Assembly: GCA_964459705.1 (NCBI GenBank)
Contig: CAYWNR010000002.1
Coordinates: 1 to 32,905, forward strand
Reading direction: 5' to 3'
Length of the DNA: 32,905 nucleotides
DNA from: an uncultured Gemmatimonadaceae bacterium
GTDB taxonomy: Bacteria > Gemmatimonadota > Gemmatimonadetes > Gemmatimonadales > GWC2-71-9
Of this stretch, positions 9,630-17,781 are shown in pieces. Positions within the stretch are counted from its first letter, which is position 1. Each line of letters begins with the position of its first letter. A program made the position numbers and the translations under genes. The notes below the pieces were generated by a model that was not told the origin of the DNA, made no database searches, and saw nothing but the letters and a program-made list of their open reading frames with translations.

Positions 9630-10481
9630 ATGGGCAACTACCGATTGGTGGTCTCGAATCCTCCGCAGCTCGATGTCAGTTCCGACCGAGCGGCGCCCCT
9701 CCTGGGACTGACGCCCGAACAGTTCGAGGCGAAGGTTCGCTACGGCGTGCCGGAGATTTGGTTCGCCCATCCCGACGGCGAACGCGCGGGAGACGTCGCG
9801 CGCGCCCTGACGGAAGCCGGATGTCGGGTCGCCTTGTTCGACAGCGGCGATATCACGACCATCCCGGGGCGAAACCGGGTTCGCTCGTTTTCGTTCACGG
9901 ACCGCGGGCTCACGGCCCACGCCGACACCGGGGATACGGAGGTCGAGTACGACGCGCCCGTCGACGCGGTCTTCTGCCGCCCGCGGGAGAGCTCACCGGA
10001 TCTCGGGGCGGGTTCCGCACGGCGGAGCAGGTCGAGCTCCTTCTTCTCCCTCAAGGATCGGCTGACCGAAGCGAGTCCGACGAGCGCGGACTTGGGGACG
10101 CCGGACAGTGACACCATCCCGTTTTTCGATATCTACGTGCCGGCCGGCGGCAAGGTGCAGCGCTTCACGGTGCAACAGAACGCGGTGAACTTCTCCGGCC
10201 TGGGCCGAGTCCAACCGCGCGCCGCGGCCAACATGGAGGCGCTGGTGGGCAGTTGTGAAGATCGGTTTGGCGCGGAACGGGTCGACCGCCGACTGGTGGG
10301 GATGCGGCTTCGGCACCGGAGCAGCAAGCGGGCGCCGGGCTCCGAACATCGGCGGGGGTTCTCGTACGCGAGCCCAGGTCTGCTGGCCTTGCTCGCGGCT
10401 CTGGACCCGGCGCTCGCCAGTGTCAGCCAGGCGGAGCTCTCCACTCGGCTGGCGTACCTGACGCATCGCCAAACGTCGTAG
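9630..10481 (+). CDS. Hypothetical protein (283 aa)
   Basis: The ORF is open from 9531, but the first 33 codons are Arg/Gly-rich and overlap the previous gene. I chose the ATG at 9630 (MGNYRLVVSNPP). It has two globular-looking halves joined by a Ser/Arg-rich linker. No motifs recognised. Confidence 0.45.
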   Translation: MGNYRLVVSNPPQLDVSSDRAAPLLGLTPEQFEAKVRYGVPEIWFAHPDGERAGDVARALTEAGCRVALFDSGDITTIPGRNRVRSFSFTDRGLTAHADTGDTEVEYDAPVDAVFCRPRESSPDLGAGSARRSRSSSFFSLKDRLTEASPTSADLGTPDSDTIPFFDIYVPAGGKVQRFTVQQNAVNFSGLGRVQPRAAANMEALVGSCEDRFGAERVDRRLVGMRLRHRSSKRAPGSEHRRGFSYASPGLLALLAALDPALASVSQAELSTRLAYLTHRQTS

Positions 10482-10488
10482 CGCGCCA

Positions 10489-11040
10489 GTGTCGCCGGCG
10501 TCGCCCGCCGCGGACCTGGTCGTCCTCGTCGACGCTCGGGACCGACCGATCGGCGCGGCGCCCAAGCTCGCGGTCCATCAGACCGGCGAATTACACCGAG
10601 CGTTCTCGGTGTTCCTGTTCGACCACGAGTCTCGCCTCCTCCTGCAACAGCGTGCGCGCGGCAAGTACCACAGCGGCGGCCTGTGGACGAACACCTGTTG
10701 CGGGCATCCCCGGCCGGACGAGCCGCTGGCTACCGCCGCCAGCCGCCGCCTCCGCGAAGAGATGGGCATCGGCGGCGACCTCCACCAGGCCGGCACATTC
10801 CTGTACCGGGCGGTGGTCGGCGACCTGATCGAACACGAAGTCGATCACGTCTTGGTTGGCCGTTTCGCGGGAGAGCCATCGCCGAACCCCCACGAGGTCG
10901 GCGCGTGGCGTTGGGTTGCGCGGCCGGCGCTCGAAGCCGAGCTGGCGAGGACCCCCGAGCGTTTCAGCTCCTGGTTTCCCCAGGCGCTCGAGATCGCCTC
11001 CACGTTCATCCCGTCGCACTCCCTGTCGCGAGCGCCGTGA
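10489..11040 (+). CDS. idi: Isopentenyl-diphosphate delta-isomerase, type 1 (Nudix fold)
   Basis: Signature LHRAFSVFLFD, LLLQQRA..K, WTNTCCGHP, and the Nudix-like RRLREEMGI..EHEVDHV. It has a GTG start. Confidence 0.9.
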   Translation: MSPASPAADLVVLVDARDRPIGAAPKLAVHQTGELHRAFSVFLFDHESRLLLQQRARGKYHSGGLWTNTCCGHPRPDEPLATAASRRLREEMGIGGDLHQAGTFLYRAVVGDLIEHEVDHVLVGRFAGEPSPNPHEVGAWRWVARPALEAELARTPERFSSWFPQALEIASTFIPSHSLSRAP

Positions 11041-11087
11041 ACGTAGCTTAGGCGCGACGCCCGAGCGGGCGGATCGGGGGAGAACGC

Positions 11088-11366
11088 ATGAGAGCCGTGG
11101 CGGAAATCCAGGTGATTCCCATTGGGGTGGGCGTGTCGGTCCGTCGAGAGGTGCAGCGCGCGCACGAGCTGTTGCGGGCGAGTGGGCTCCGCGCCGAACT
11201 CCATGCCTATGGCACCAACGTCGAGGGAGAGCTGGCGGACATTCTCGACGCGGTGCGGCGGGTGCATGAGACGCTGCACGCCGAAGGAACGGTGCGGCTC
11301 TCGACCTTCCTGAAACTGGGGACCCGGACGGACAAGGATCCGTCCCTGGCCGCGAAGCTGTTTTGA
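11088..11366 (+). CDS. MTH1187/YkoF family (UPF0045/DUF77) thiamine-binding-like small protein
   Basis: A 92 aa protein. AEIQVIPIGVGVSV...YGTNVEGE...LHAEG..R..T.LK.GTRTDK is the characteristic pattern of this family. GGGGGAG Shine-Dalgarno upstream. Confidence 0.8.
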   Translation: MRAVAEIQVIPIGVGVSVRREVQRAHELLRASGLRAELHAYGTNVEGELADILDAVRRVHETLHAEGTVRLSTFLKLGTRTDKDPSLAAKLF

Positions 11367-11381
11367 CAAGGGCCGGGTCCT

Positions 11382-11468
11382 GAGGGTGGGAGGAGCGGGA
11401 GACGCGGCAGTGGACCTGTGACCCCACGCGCATCCCGCGGGGCGTCAACTCCCGCTTCTGCCGCCCTC
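11382..11468. repeat. Long imperfect inverted repeat (20-bp arms, about 47-nt spacer)
   Basis: GAGGGTGGGAGGAGCGGGAG (11382-11401) pairs with CTCCCGCTTCTGCCGCCCTC (11449-11468), with one mismatch and two G:T positions. It sits between the YkoF-like gene and the GH57 remnant. Confidence 0.5.
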
Positions 11469-11563
11469 CCTCTCACGTGGAGACTGTCACGCTCGCGCGA
11501 CCGAGGGAGGCGGGCCAGCGGAACACCACCGCCGTTCCCTGGCGCATCCGCTCGAACCCGCGT

Positions 11564-11728
11564 CGGCCCGGACACGTGCAGCGCCATGGGGAACGCGTCT
11601 CGGTCGGTGAGCGCCGCGAGGAAGGGGAGGTAGACGTCCTCGACGTGCTGCTGGAACACGTGGTCGAAATTCCCCACGGGTTGATGGACGTGGATACCGA
11701 GGACGAGGTGCACCGGTTCCAACGTCAC
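11564..11728 (-). pseudogene. N-terminal remnant (about 55 codons) of a GH57 alpha-amylase / 4-alpha-glucanotransferase
   Basis: MTLEPVHLVLGIHVHQPVGNFDHVFQQHVEDVYLPFLAALTDRDAFPMALHVSGP matches the GH57 N-terminus (..GIHNHQPLGNF..VF....Y.PF........HFSGPLLEW). Similarity stops right after HVSGP. The rest of the listed ORF is Arg/Pro-rich and runs antisense into the YkoF-like gene. Neither of the other two minus frames continues the homology. Confidence 0.6.
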
Positions 11729-11816
11729 GCGGAGCCCTGGTAGTTGGCGATGGCGGACCTATGCGGGAGCCACCTCGGAACGTGGCTGTGGGGTGCCAAC
11801 ACGAGACCCATCGACT

Positions 11817-13316
11817 TCAGGCTGTCGGGGCGCGGGCCGCGCAGGCGCGAAGATACGCGGCCTGATAGCGTCCCGCCGACTGGCGCCAGCTGTGGTCGAG
11901 GCGCATCGCGTGACGCTGGAGCCGATCCCAGGTGGGGCGGTCGTGATACGTGGCGATCGCGCGGCTGATGGCCTGCTCGAATGCGCCGGCGGTGTAGGCG
12001 TCGAACAGGAAGCCGGACGACCCATCGGTCACCGTGTCGCTCAGCCCGCCGACCCGGCGGGCGACGGGCAGGGCCCCGTAGCGCTGGGCCCGCATTTGGG
12101 TCAACCCGCACGGCTCATACTGGGACGGCATGAGCAGGAGATCGGCGCCCGCGAGGAGGCGGTGCTCCGCGCGTTCGCTGAAATCAAGGGGTACCGCGAC
12201 GCGATCCGGTGCGCGCTTGGCAAGCGCGACCAGCGCTTGCTCGTAGCGCTTCTCGCCGCGGCCCAGAAAGATGTATTGGGCGTCGGCGTCCAACAGGTGG
12301 TCGTCGGCGAGGACGAGGTCCAGCCCTTTCTGCCCCACCATCCGCGCGGTCATGGCCACGAGTGGGGTGCGCGACCGTTGGGGCATGCCGTACCGCCGTT
12401 GCTGGGCACGCTTGCAGCGGGATTTTCCCCCCAGAGCATCCGGTCCGAAGGTGGCGGTCGGAAACGGATCGGTGGCCGGATTCCAGAAGTCGTCGTCGAT
12501 ACCGTTCAGGACCCCGAGGAACCGGTCACCCATGGCCGCGTAGTGGTCGTGGAGCCCGAACCCCCCGTCCGGAGTTCGCAGCTCGGCGGCGTGCGTGGGG
12601 CTGACCGTGGTCGCAAGATCGCAGAACGCGAGGCCGCCCTTCAGGATGTTCACATGCCCGTACCACTCGAGCAGGCGCCAGTCATAGAAGCTCGCGGGCA
12701 GCCCGAGGTCGGCGAGCAGGTCGGGCCGGAAGTGACCCTGGAAGGCGGCATTGTGAACCGTGATGACGGTCCCGAGACGATCGTAGAACGGCTGTCCGGC
12801 GAAATGATGCCGCAGGAAGATGACCGAGAACGTCGTGTGCCAATCGTGGACGTGCAGGACCGCGGCATCGGGGGCGATCAACGGGAGCGCGTCGAGCGCC
12901 GCGCGGCAGAAGAACGCAAACCGCTGCGGGTTGTCTGCGTAGTCCGTCCCCTCGCCGTAAACCTCGGGTCGGTCGAACCACGTCTCGTGCGCGATGAAGT
13001 AGACGTCGGGCGCCGCCTCCGCTCCGGTGTGTCGGTACAGGCGCGCCAGTTCCCGGCGCCACCCGACGGAGACGGTGAAGGGCTCCCCCACGGGTTCCAT
13101 GTCGGTCCCGCGGGCCCGCACCTGTCGATGTAGGGGGAGAATGACCGAAACCGGCTGGCCGGCGGAGACCTGATACTGGGCGAGCCCGCGAACGGCCTCC
13201 GCCAGGCCACCGGTGCGGGCGAAGGGCCAGTACTCCGCCACCAGATGCATGACTCGGCCACGGTCCGGAAGGGAAGGCAGTGGGGCGCGTACGACGGGGG
13301 TGGTGCGATGCGGCAC
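11817..13316 (-). CDS. glgA: Glycogen synthase (GT5, ADP-glucose type)
   Basis: The N-terminal E..PFARTGGLAEAV corresponds to the KTGGL motif. Also VHDWHT, GLTQMRAQRYGALPVARRVGGLSDTV. The canonical-looking start is the ATG at 13250 (MHLVAEYWP). The GTG at 13316 is the longest ORF. Confidence 0.9.
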   Translation of the reverse strand: MPHRTTPVVRAPLPSLPDRGRVMHLVAEYWPFARTGGLAEAVRGLAQYQVSAGQPVSVILPLHRQVRARGTDMEPVGEPFTVSVGWRRELARLYRHTGAEAAPDVYFIAHETWFDRPEVYGEGTDYADNPQRFAFFCRAALDALPLIAPDAAVLHVHDWHTTFSVIFLRHHFAGQPFYDRLGTVITVHNAAFQGHFRPDLLADLGLPASFYDWRLLEWYGHVNILKGGLAFCDLATTVSPTHAAELRTPDGGFGLHDHYAAMGDRFLGVLNGIDDDFWNPATDPFPTATFGPDALGGKSRCKRAQQRRYGMPQRSRTPLVAMTARMVGQKGLDLVLADDHLLDADAQYIFLGRGEKRYEQALVALAKRAPDRVAVPLDFSERAEHRLLAGADLLLMPSQYEPCGLTQMRAQRYGALPVARRVGGLSDTVTDGSSGFLFDAYTAGAFEQAISRAIATYHDRPTWDRLQRHAMRLDHSWRQSAGRYQAAYLRACAARAPTA

Positions 13317-13326
13317 GAAAGGACCT

Positions 13327-15525
13327 TCAGGCGGTGGGAGGATCCCCGTCCGGCGGCTCCCCGCGGATCGCGGGTACGTACGACTCTCGAACGTATTGCT
13401 GGACCATGCGCCGCGCGGTGAACTGCGACCCCGCTTCCCGGATGGCGTGCTTCATGTGATCGACCCAACCGGTGGGAATGCCGGCGTCATTGCGCCGGTA
13501 GAACAGCGGCACGATTTCGTCTTCAAGCAAGGTATACAGATGCTCCGCGTCGTGCGTGTCCGTACGTTCGTCCGTTGGCCGTGGGATGGCCCACCCGTTC
13601 CGGCCGGTCCATGCCTCCGCCCACCACCCGTCGAGCGTGCCGAGCTGGGGCACACCGTTGAGCCCCGCCTTCATACCGCTGGTGCCACAGGCCTCCATGG
13701 GCACGCGCGGCAGGTTCAACCACAGGTCCACGCTTTGCACGAGCCGGTGCGCCAGGTGCATCTCGTAGTCTTCGAGGAAGGTGATGCGTCCTTCGAATGA
13801 GGGATCTCGCGCGTATCCATACACCCGCTGCAGCAAGTGCTTGGCTGGATCGTCGGCGGGATGGGCCTTGCCGGCGAACACGATCTGGACCGGGTGGCGC
13901 GGATCGGTGACCAGACGCCGGAGTCGGTCCGGGTCCCCGAACACCAGATCCGCCCGCTTGTAGGTCGCGAACCGGCGCGCGAAGCCGATGGTGAGCGCGT
14001 CGGAGCTGAGCAGCGTGCCCGCCGCCACGAGGTGACCGGGTTCCTTCCATTGTTCGCGCCAGCGCCGCCGGGCCTCGTCGCGGATGAAATCCACCAGGTG
14101 CACACGCAACCGCGTATGCGCGCCCCAGAGCTGCGTGTCGTCGAGCGACAGGACGCCGTCCCACAGATTGTCGTCGTCGAGCCGCGCTCCCCAGTCTGCG
14201 CCCAGGTGGGACCCGAGCAGATCCATGATCTGGCGCGCCATCCACGTCGCGAGGTGGACGCCGTTCGTCACGTGGCCAATCGGGACGGCCGCACGCTCGC
14301 GGTCGGGCCACAGAGCGTGCCAGATGCGGCGCGTCTCTTCGCCATGCAAGGCGGAGACGCCATTCACGGCTCCCGCCAGGCGGATGGCCAGCGGAGTCAT
14401 GTGGAACAACCCGTGGTCTTCGACGGGATGCCGGCCGAGGCGGTAGACCACGTCCGGGTCCAGGCCCGACGACTGGCAGAAGGCGCGCAGGCAGTGCTCC
14501 ACCTGGTCTTGCGAGAAACGATCGTGCCCGGCGGGAACCGGGGTATGGGTCGTGAAGATGCTGCGCGCGCGGATGTCGGCGATTGCCGTATCCAGCGCTA
14601 CGCCCGTGCTGACCTGCTCGCGAAGCCGTTCCAGGAACATGAATCCTGCATGGCCCTCGTTCGCATGCCAGGCGGCGGGGTCGATGCCGAGGTGGCGGAG
14701 CACGCGGACGCCCCCGACACCCAACACCCATTCCTGGCGTAACCGCATCTCGGCGCCGCCGGCGTACAGCTTGTGGGTCAGCGCCTGATCTTCCGGACGG
14801 TTCCGCTCGAGATTCGTGTCGAGCAGATACAGGGGCACGGATCCCACGTGCATGAGCCACGCGCCGACGTGGACCTCACGGTCGAGGTACGGCACCGTCG
14901 CGAGATACGGACTGCCGGCCTCATCGAGCACCGGAAACAGCGGTGCGCGGCTCGGATCCACCGGGTCGTCCACGTCTTCCTGCCACCCGTCGAGCCGGAG
15001 CTGCTGGTCGAAGTACCCCTTGGTGTACATCAAGCCCACGCCGACCAACGGCACGCCGAGGTCGGACGCGGTCTTGCAGTGATCGCCCGCGAGAACGCCG
15101 AGGCCGCCCGAGTAGATCGGGACGGAGTTGTGCACGGCAAACTCCGCGCAGAAGTACGCAATGGGCCGCGCGTCGTCCGCCGGGAAATGTCGGCGGAACC
15201 ACGTGCCATCGCGTGTGAGGGCCCTGTCCAGGTCCGCGCGGGCCCGGTCGTAGAGCGCGAGGAACTCGGGGTCCTGGGCGCAGGCGGCCAGCCGCTCCGG
15301 CGAGGCCTGCTGGAGGGTCGCGATGGGGTTGTGGCGCAGCCGGCGCCAGAGCACCTCATCGATGTCGCGGAACAGGATGCGGGATTCCCGGCTCCAGCTC
15401 CACCACAGGTTCGTCGCGAGTCCCGTGAGGCCGGCCAGGCGGTCGGGCAGCACGGGGAAGTTGCCGGTAGTCATGGTGGCGGAAGCTAGCGGCTCGTCTG
15501 CGGGGTGCCAGCCGGGGGTCTGCAT
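13327..15525 (-). CDS. glgP: Alpha-glucan phosphorylase (GT35, short maltodextrin/glycogen phosphorylase type)
   Basis: NLWWSWS N-terminal motif, YFCAEFA..SGGLGVLAGDHCKTASDLGVPLVGVGLMY, and a PLP-site region EACGTSGMKAGLNG. An alternative ATG lies at 15474 (MTTGNFPVLP). Confidence 0.9.
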   Translation of the reverse strand: MQTPGWHPADEPLASATMTTGNFPVLPDRLAGLTGLATNLWWSWSRESRILFRDIDEVLWRRLRHNPIATLQQASPERLAACAQDPEFLALYDRARADLDRALTRDGTWFRRHFPADDARPIAYFCAEFAVHNSVPIYSGGLGVLAGDHCKTASDLGVPLVGVGLMYTKGYFDQQLRLDGWQEDVDDPVDPSRAPLFPVLDEAGSPYLATVPYLDREVHVGAWLMHVGSVPLYLLDTNLERNRPEDQALTHKLYAGGAEMRLRQEWVLGVGGVRVLRHLGIDPAAWHANEGHAGFMFLERLREQVSTGVALDTAIADIRARSIFTTHTPVPAGHDRFSQDQVEHCLRAFCQSSGLDPDVVYRLGRHPVEDHGLFHMTPLAIRLAGAVNGVSALHGEETRRIWHALWPDRERAAVPIGHVTNGVHLATWMARQIMDLLGSHLGADWGARLDDDNLWDGVLSLDDTQLWGAHTRLRVHLVDFIRDEARRRWREQWKEPGHLVAAGTLLSSDALTIGFARRFATYKRADLVFGDPDRLRRLVTDPRHPVQIVFAGKAHPADDPAKHLLQRVYGYARDPSFEGRITFLEDYEMHLAHRLVQSVDLWLNLPRVPMEACGTSGMKAGLNGVPQLGTLDGWWAEAWTGRNGWAIPRPTDERTDTHDAEHLYTLLEDEIVPLFYRRNDAGIPTGWVDHMKHAIREAGSQFTARRMVQQYVRESYVPAIRGEPPDGDPPTA

Positions 15526-15580
15526 GTGAGGTTCACGCCATTCTCAGGATCCCTAAACGGGCTGGTGGGTATCGTTAACT

Positions 15581-15826
15581 ATGAGTCGGTCTGCGGTGGA
15601 GCGGAATGCGGCGCCAGGGCGGCTATCGCGTGGTTTCAGCCTGGACGAAGCGGCTCGCCTGTACGGGATGTTCCGTCCCGGGGCACCCGTGACCTGCCCG
15701 AGTTGTGGAGGAATCGTGAGCAGCGTGTCCGGGGCATGGATGACCGCTCGCGTCCAGGTGGTCCGTTGCGAAACCTGCGGGCGCGGACTCGTGTTCGATC
15801 GACCCGTGCGCGTGCCGCACCCGTAG
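15581..15826 (+). CDS. Small hypothetical zinc-ribbon protein (81 aa)
   Basis: Two CxxC pairs spaced for a zinc ribbon (CPSCGG ... CETCGR). The competing overlapping frame (the 5' extension of pdxH) is Arg-rich nonsense. No clear Shine-Dalgarno. Confidence 0.4.
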   Translation: MSRSAVERNAAPGRLSRGFSLDEAARLYGMFRPGAPVTCPSCGGIVSSVSGAWMTARVQVVRCETCGRGLVFDRPVRVPHP

Positions 15827-15909
15827 AATCACCGACGGCGGAATCCGGGCGCGCCCTTGCCCCTCGGCGAGGGCGCGCGTTCTTTTGGGGCGACCAAGCC
15901 ACCGAGCAC

Positions 15910-16563
15910 ATGTCGCTCCTTGCGAGATTACGGACCGTTTTCACCCTCGGTCGAGGGGTGGTGCAGGGCCTCCCGGACGCCCGACCCGGGGACGACCCGC
16001 TGGTCCTCTTTGGGACGTGGTACGCCGCGGCGGAGCGTGCCGGGCTCTTCCTGCCGGAAGCCATGACGCTCGCCACCGCCACGCCGGATGGCGCGCCCGC
16101 CGCCCGGCTCGTCCTGCTCAAGGGCGTGGACGCGCGGGGCTTTGCGTTCTTCACCAACTACGACAGTCGCAAGGGTCGGGAGCTTGCCGCCAACCCACGG
16201 GCGGCATTGGTGTTTCACTGGCCGATCCTCGAGCGTCAGGTGCGGATCGAGGGGAGCGTCGAGCGCCTGAGCCCCGAAGAGTCGACCGGGTATTTCCAAA
16301 CGCGTCCCCGAGGTGCTCGGATTGGGGCGTGGGCTTCGCGCCAGAGCGACGCGTTGCCGAACCGCGACAAGCTCGAGCGGCGGGTGGAGGAAATGAACGC
16401 GCGCTACCCCGGCGATGACGTTCCGCGACCGCCGTTTTGGGGTGGGTATCGGGTGGTGCCGGAGCGGATCGAATTCTGGCAGGGACGCCTCAACCGGCTG
16501 CACGACCGACTGCTGTTCGCGCGCCGCGGCGACGGTTGGGAGGCGGTCCGCCTCTATCCGTAG
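15910..16563 (+). CDS. pdxH: Pyridoxamine 5'-phosphate oxidase
   Basis: The region from the ATG at 15910 (MSLLARL) matches PdxH throughout: ATATPDG.P..R.VLLKG.D..GF.FFTNY.S.KG.EL..NP.AAL.F.W....RQVRIEG, EFWQG...RLHDR. The part of the listed ORF upstream of that ATG has no similarity. Confidence 0.9.
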   Translation: MSLLARLRTVFTLGRGVVQGLPDARPGDDPLVLFGTWYAAAERAGLFLPEAMTLATATPDGAPAARLVLLKGVDARGFAFFTNYDSRKGRELAANPRAALVFHWPILERQVRIEGSVERLSPEESTGYFQTRPRGARIGAWASRQSDALPNRDKLERRVEEMNARYPGDDVPRPPFWGGYRVVPERIEFWQGRLNRLHDRLLFARRGDGWEAVRLYP

Positions 16564-16587
16564 GTTCGGTGGGCGGGCGCCCGCGCG

Positions 16588-17721
16588 TCAATCTTCGCGA
16601 GTCACGTCCGTTGGCTCCGCCGGCGCGTCGCCTTCCGACGGTTCGCTGACCGGTTCCACTTCCGGCTCCGCCGGTCGGCGCTCGAGCGCCATCTCCACGA
16701 TCGACGCGAGGGCGTCCTCGAAGCGGAGACCGGCCTGCTCCGCCGACTCCATGAACGACACGCCTTCCGTCAGGTCGGGGTTCGGGTTCACCTCGAGGAC
16801 GAACGGCTGGTCGGTGGGCGTCAGCCGCAGGTCGAGCCGCGCGTAGTCACGACATCCGGTGAGGCGGTACGCGGCGAGCGCCGCCCGCTCGACTCGCTGG
16901 AGTGCGCGCTTCGTGATCCGCGCCGGACAGATAGTGAAGACCTGGTGAAACTCCTGCTTGAGCGGATTCCACTTGGCGTCGAAGCTGATGATGTTCGGCT
17001 GGTCTGGCGGCAGGTCGGTGAAGTCGAACTCGATGACGGGGAGAATCCGCGGCTCATCGTTGTCCCACACCGCCACGTGTAATTCCCGGCCCTCGATGAA
17101 CTCCTCCACGAGGATGGGTGCGCCGTAGTCTTCCCACACCAGGGCGATCTGCGCCATCAACGTCGGATGGTCCCTGACGACGGACTCGCGGGTCACGCCC
17201 GCGCTCGCGTCTTCCCTGGACGGCTTGACGATCACCGGGTAGTGCAGGCCGTGCCGCCGCGGAATGCGGGGCTCCTGGAGAATGCGGTACGCGGGGGTCG
17301 GCACACCGTTGACCCGGAGGAGGTGCTTCGTGAGTCCCTTGCGCCGACACAGCGACAGCGCGAACGGCGGCGAGCCCGTATACGGGATGCCATGCAGGTC
17401 GAGCAGGCCCGCGATGTGTGTTTCGTGCTCGGGATCTTCGCGATAGTGTTCCACGAGATTGAAGACGACGTCAGGTGGGTTGCGGCGCAACAGGCGCTCG
17501 ATCACTCGGACGTCGTCCTTGAGGTTGACGGCGCGCGCCTTGTATCCCGCCCGCCGCAGCCCGCCGACCACCGCGCGATACTCCTCCATGACCGTCGCGA
17601 CCCGAATGTCGTACTCCGGGACGAACGGGAGCGTTTTCGGATCGATCTTCCGAATCTCTTCGTACTCGTCGTCGTCCACATGATTGAAGAGCACGACGAC
17701 GGATGTTTGATAATGGGTCAT
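16588..17721 (-). CDS. ATP-grasp enzyme of the D-alanine--D-alanine ligase-like family, with an acidic Pro/Glu-rich C-terminal tail
   Basis: Pre-ATP-grasp region (VVVLFNH..., VFNLVEH), then LCRRKGLTKHLL..GVPTP, YPVIVKPSREDASAGV, ILVEEFIEGRELHV, GCRDYARLDLRL, VLEVNPNPDL. The tail reads PAEPEVEPVSEPSEGDAPAEP. Confidence 0.85.
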   Translation of the reverse strand: MTHYQTSVVVLFNHVDDDEYEEIRKIDPKTLPFVPEYDIRVATVMEEYRAVVGGLRRAGYKARAVNLKDDVRVIERLLRRNPPDVVFNLVEHYREDPEHETHIAGLLDLHGIPYTGSPPFALSLCRRKGLTKHLLRVNGVPTPAYRILQEPRIPRRHGLHYPVIVKPSREDASAGVTRESVVRDHPTLMAQIALVWEDYGAPILVEEFIEGRELHVAVWDNDEPRILPVIEFDFTDLPPDQPNIISFDAKWNPLKQEFHQVFTICPARITKRALQRVERAALAAYRLTGCRDYARLDLRLTPTDQPFVLEVNPNPDLTEGVSFMESAEQAGLRFEDALASIVEMALERRPAEPEVEPVSEPSEGDAPAEPTDVTRED

Positions 17722-17781
17722 GGGTTGCGGGTTGTGGTGGAATGAATGATGCTACGGTGTCCGAGGAGGTCGCAAGCCGTC

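Noticed and set aside
11041-11087. Possible TPP riboswitch upstream of the YkoF-like gene (and upstream of yjbQ at 27567-27743)
   Set aside because: The 47-nt gap is too short. Neither region contains the conserved CUGAGA and pyrophosphate-helix cores of the THI element.
15505-15909. 135-codon N-terminal extension of pdxH in the listed 352-aa ORF
   Set aside because: It has no PdxH similarity, is Arg-rich, starts inside the glgP 5' end and overlaps a more plausible zinc-ribbon ORF. PdxH homology begins at the ATG at 15910.
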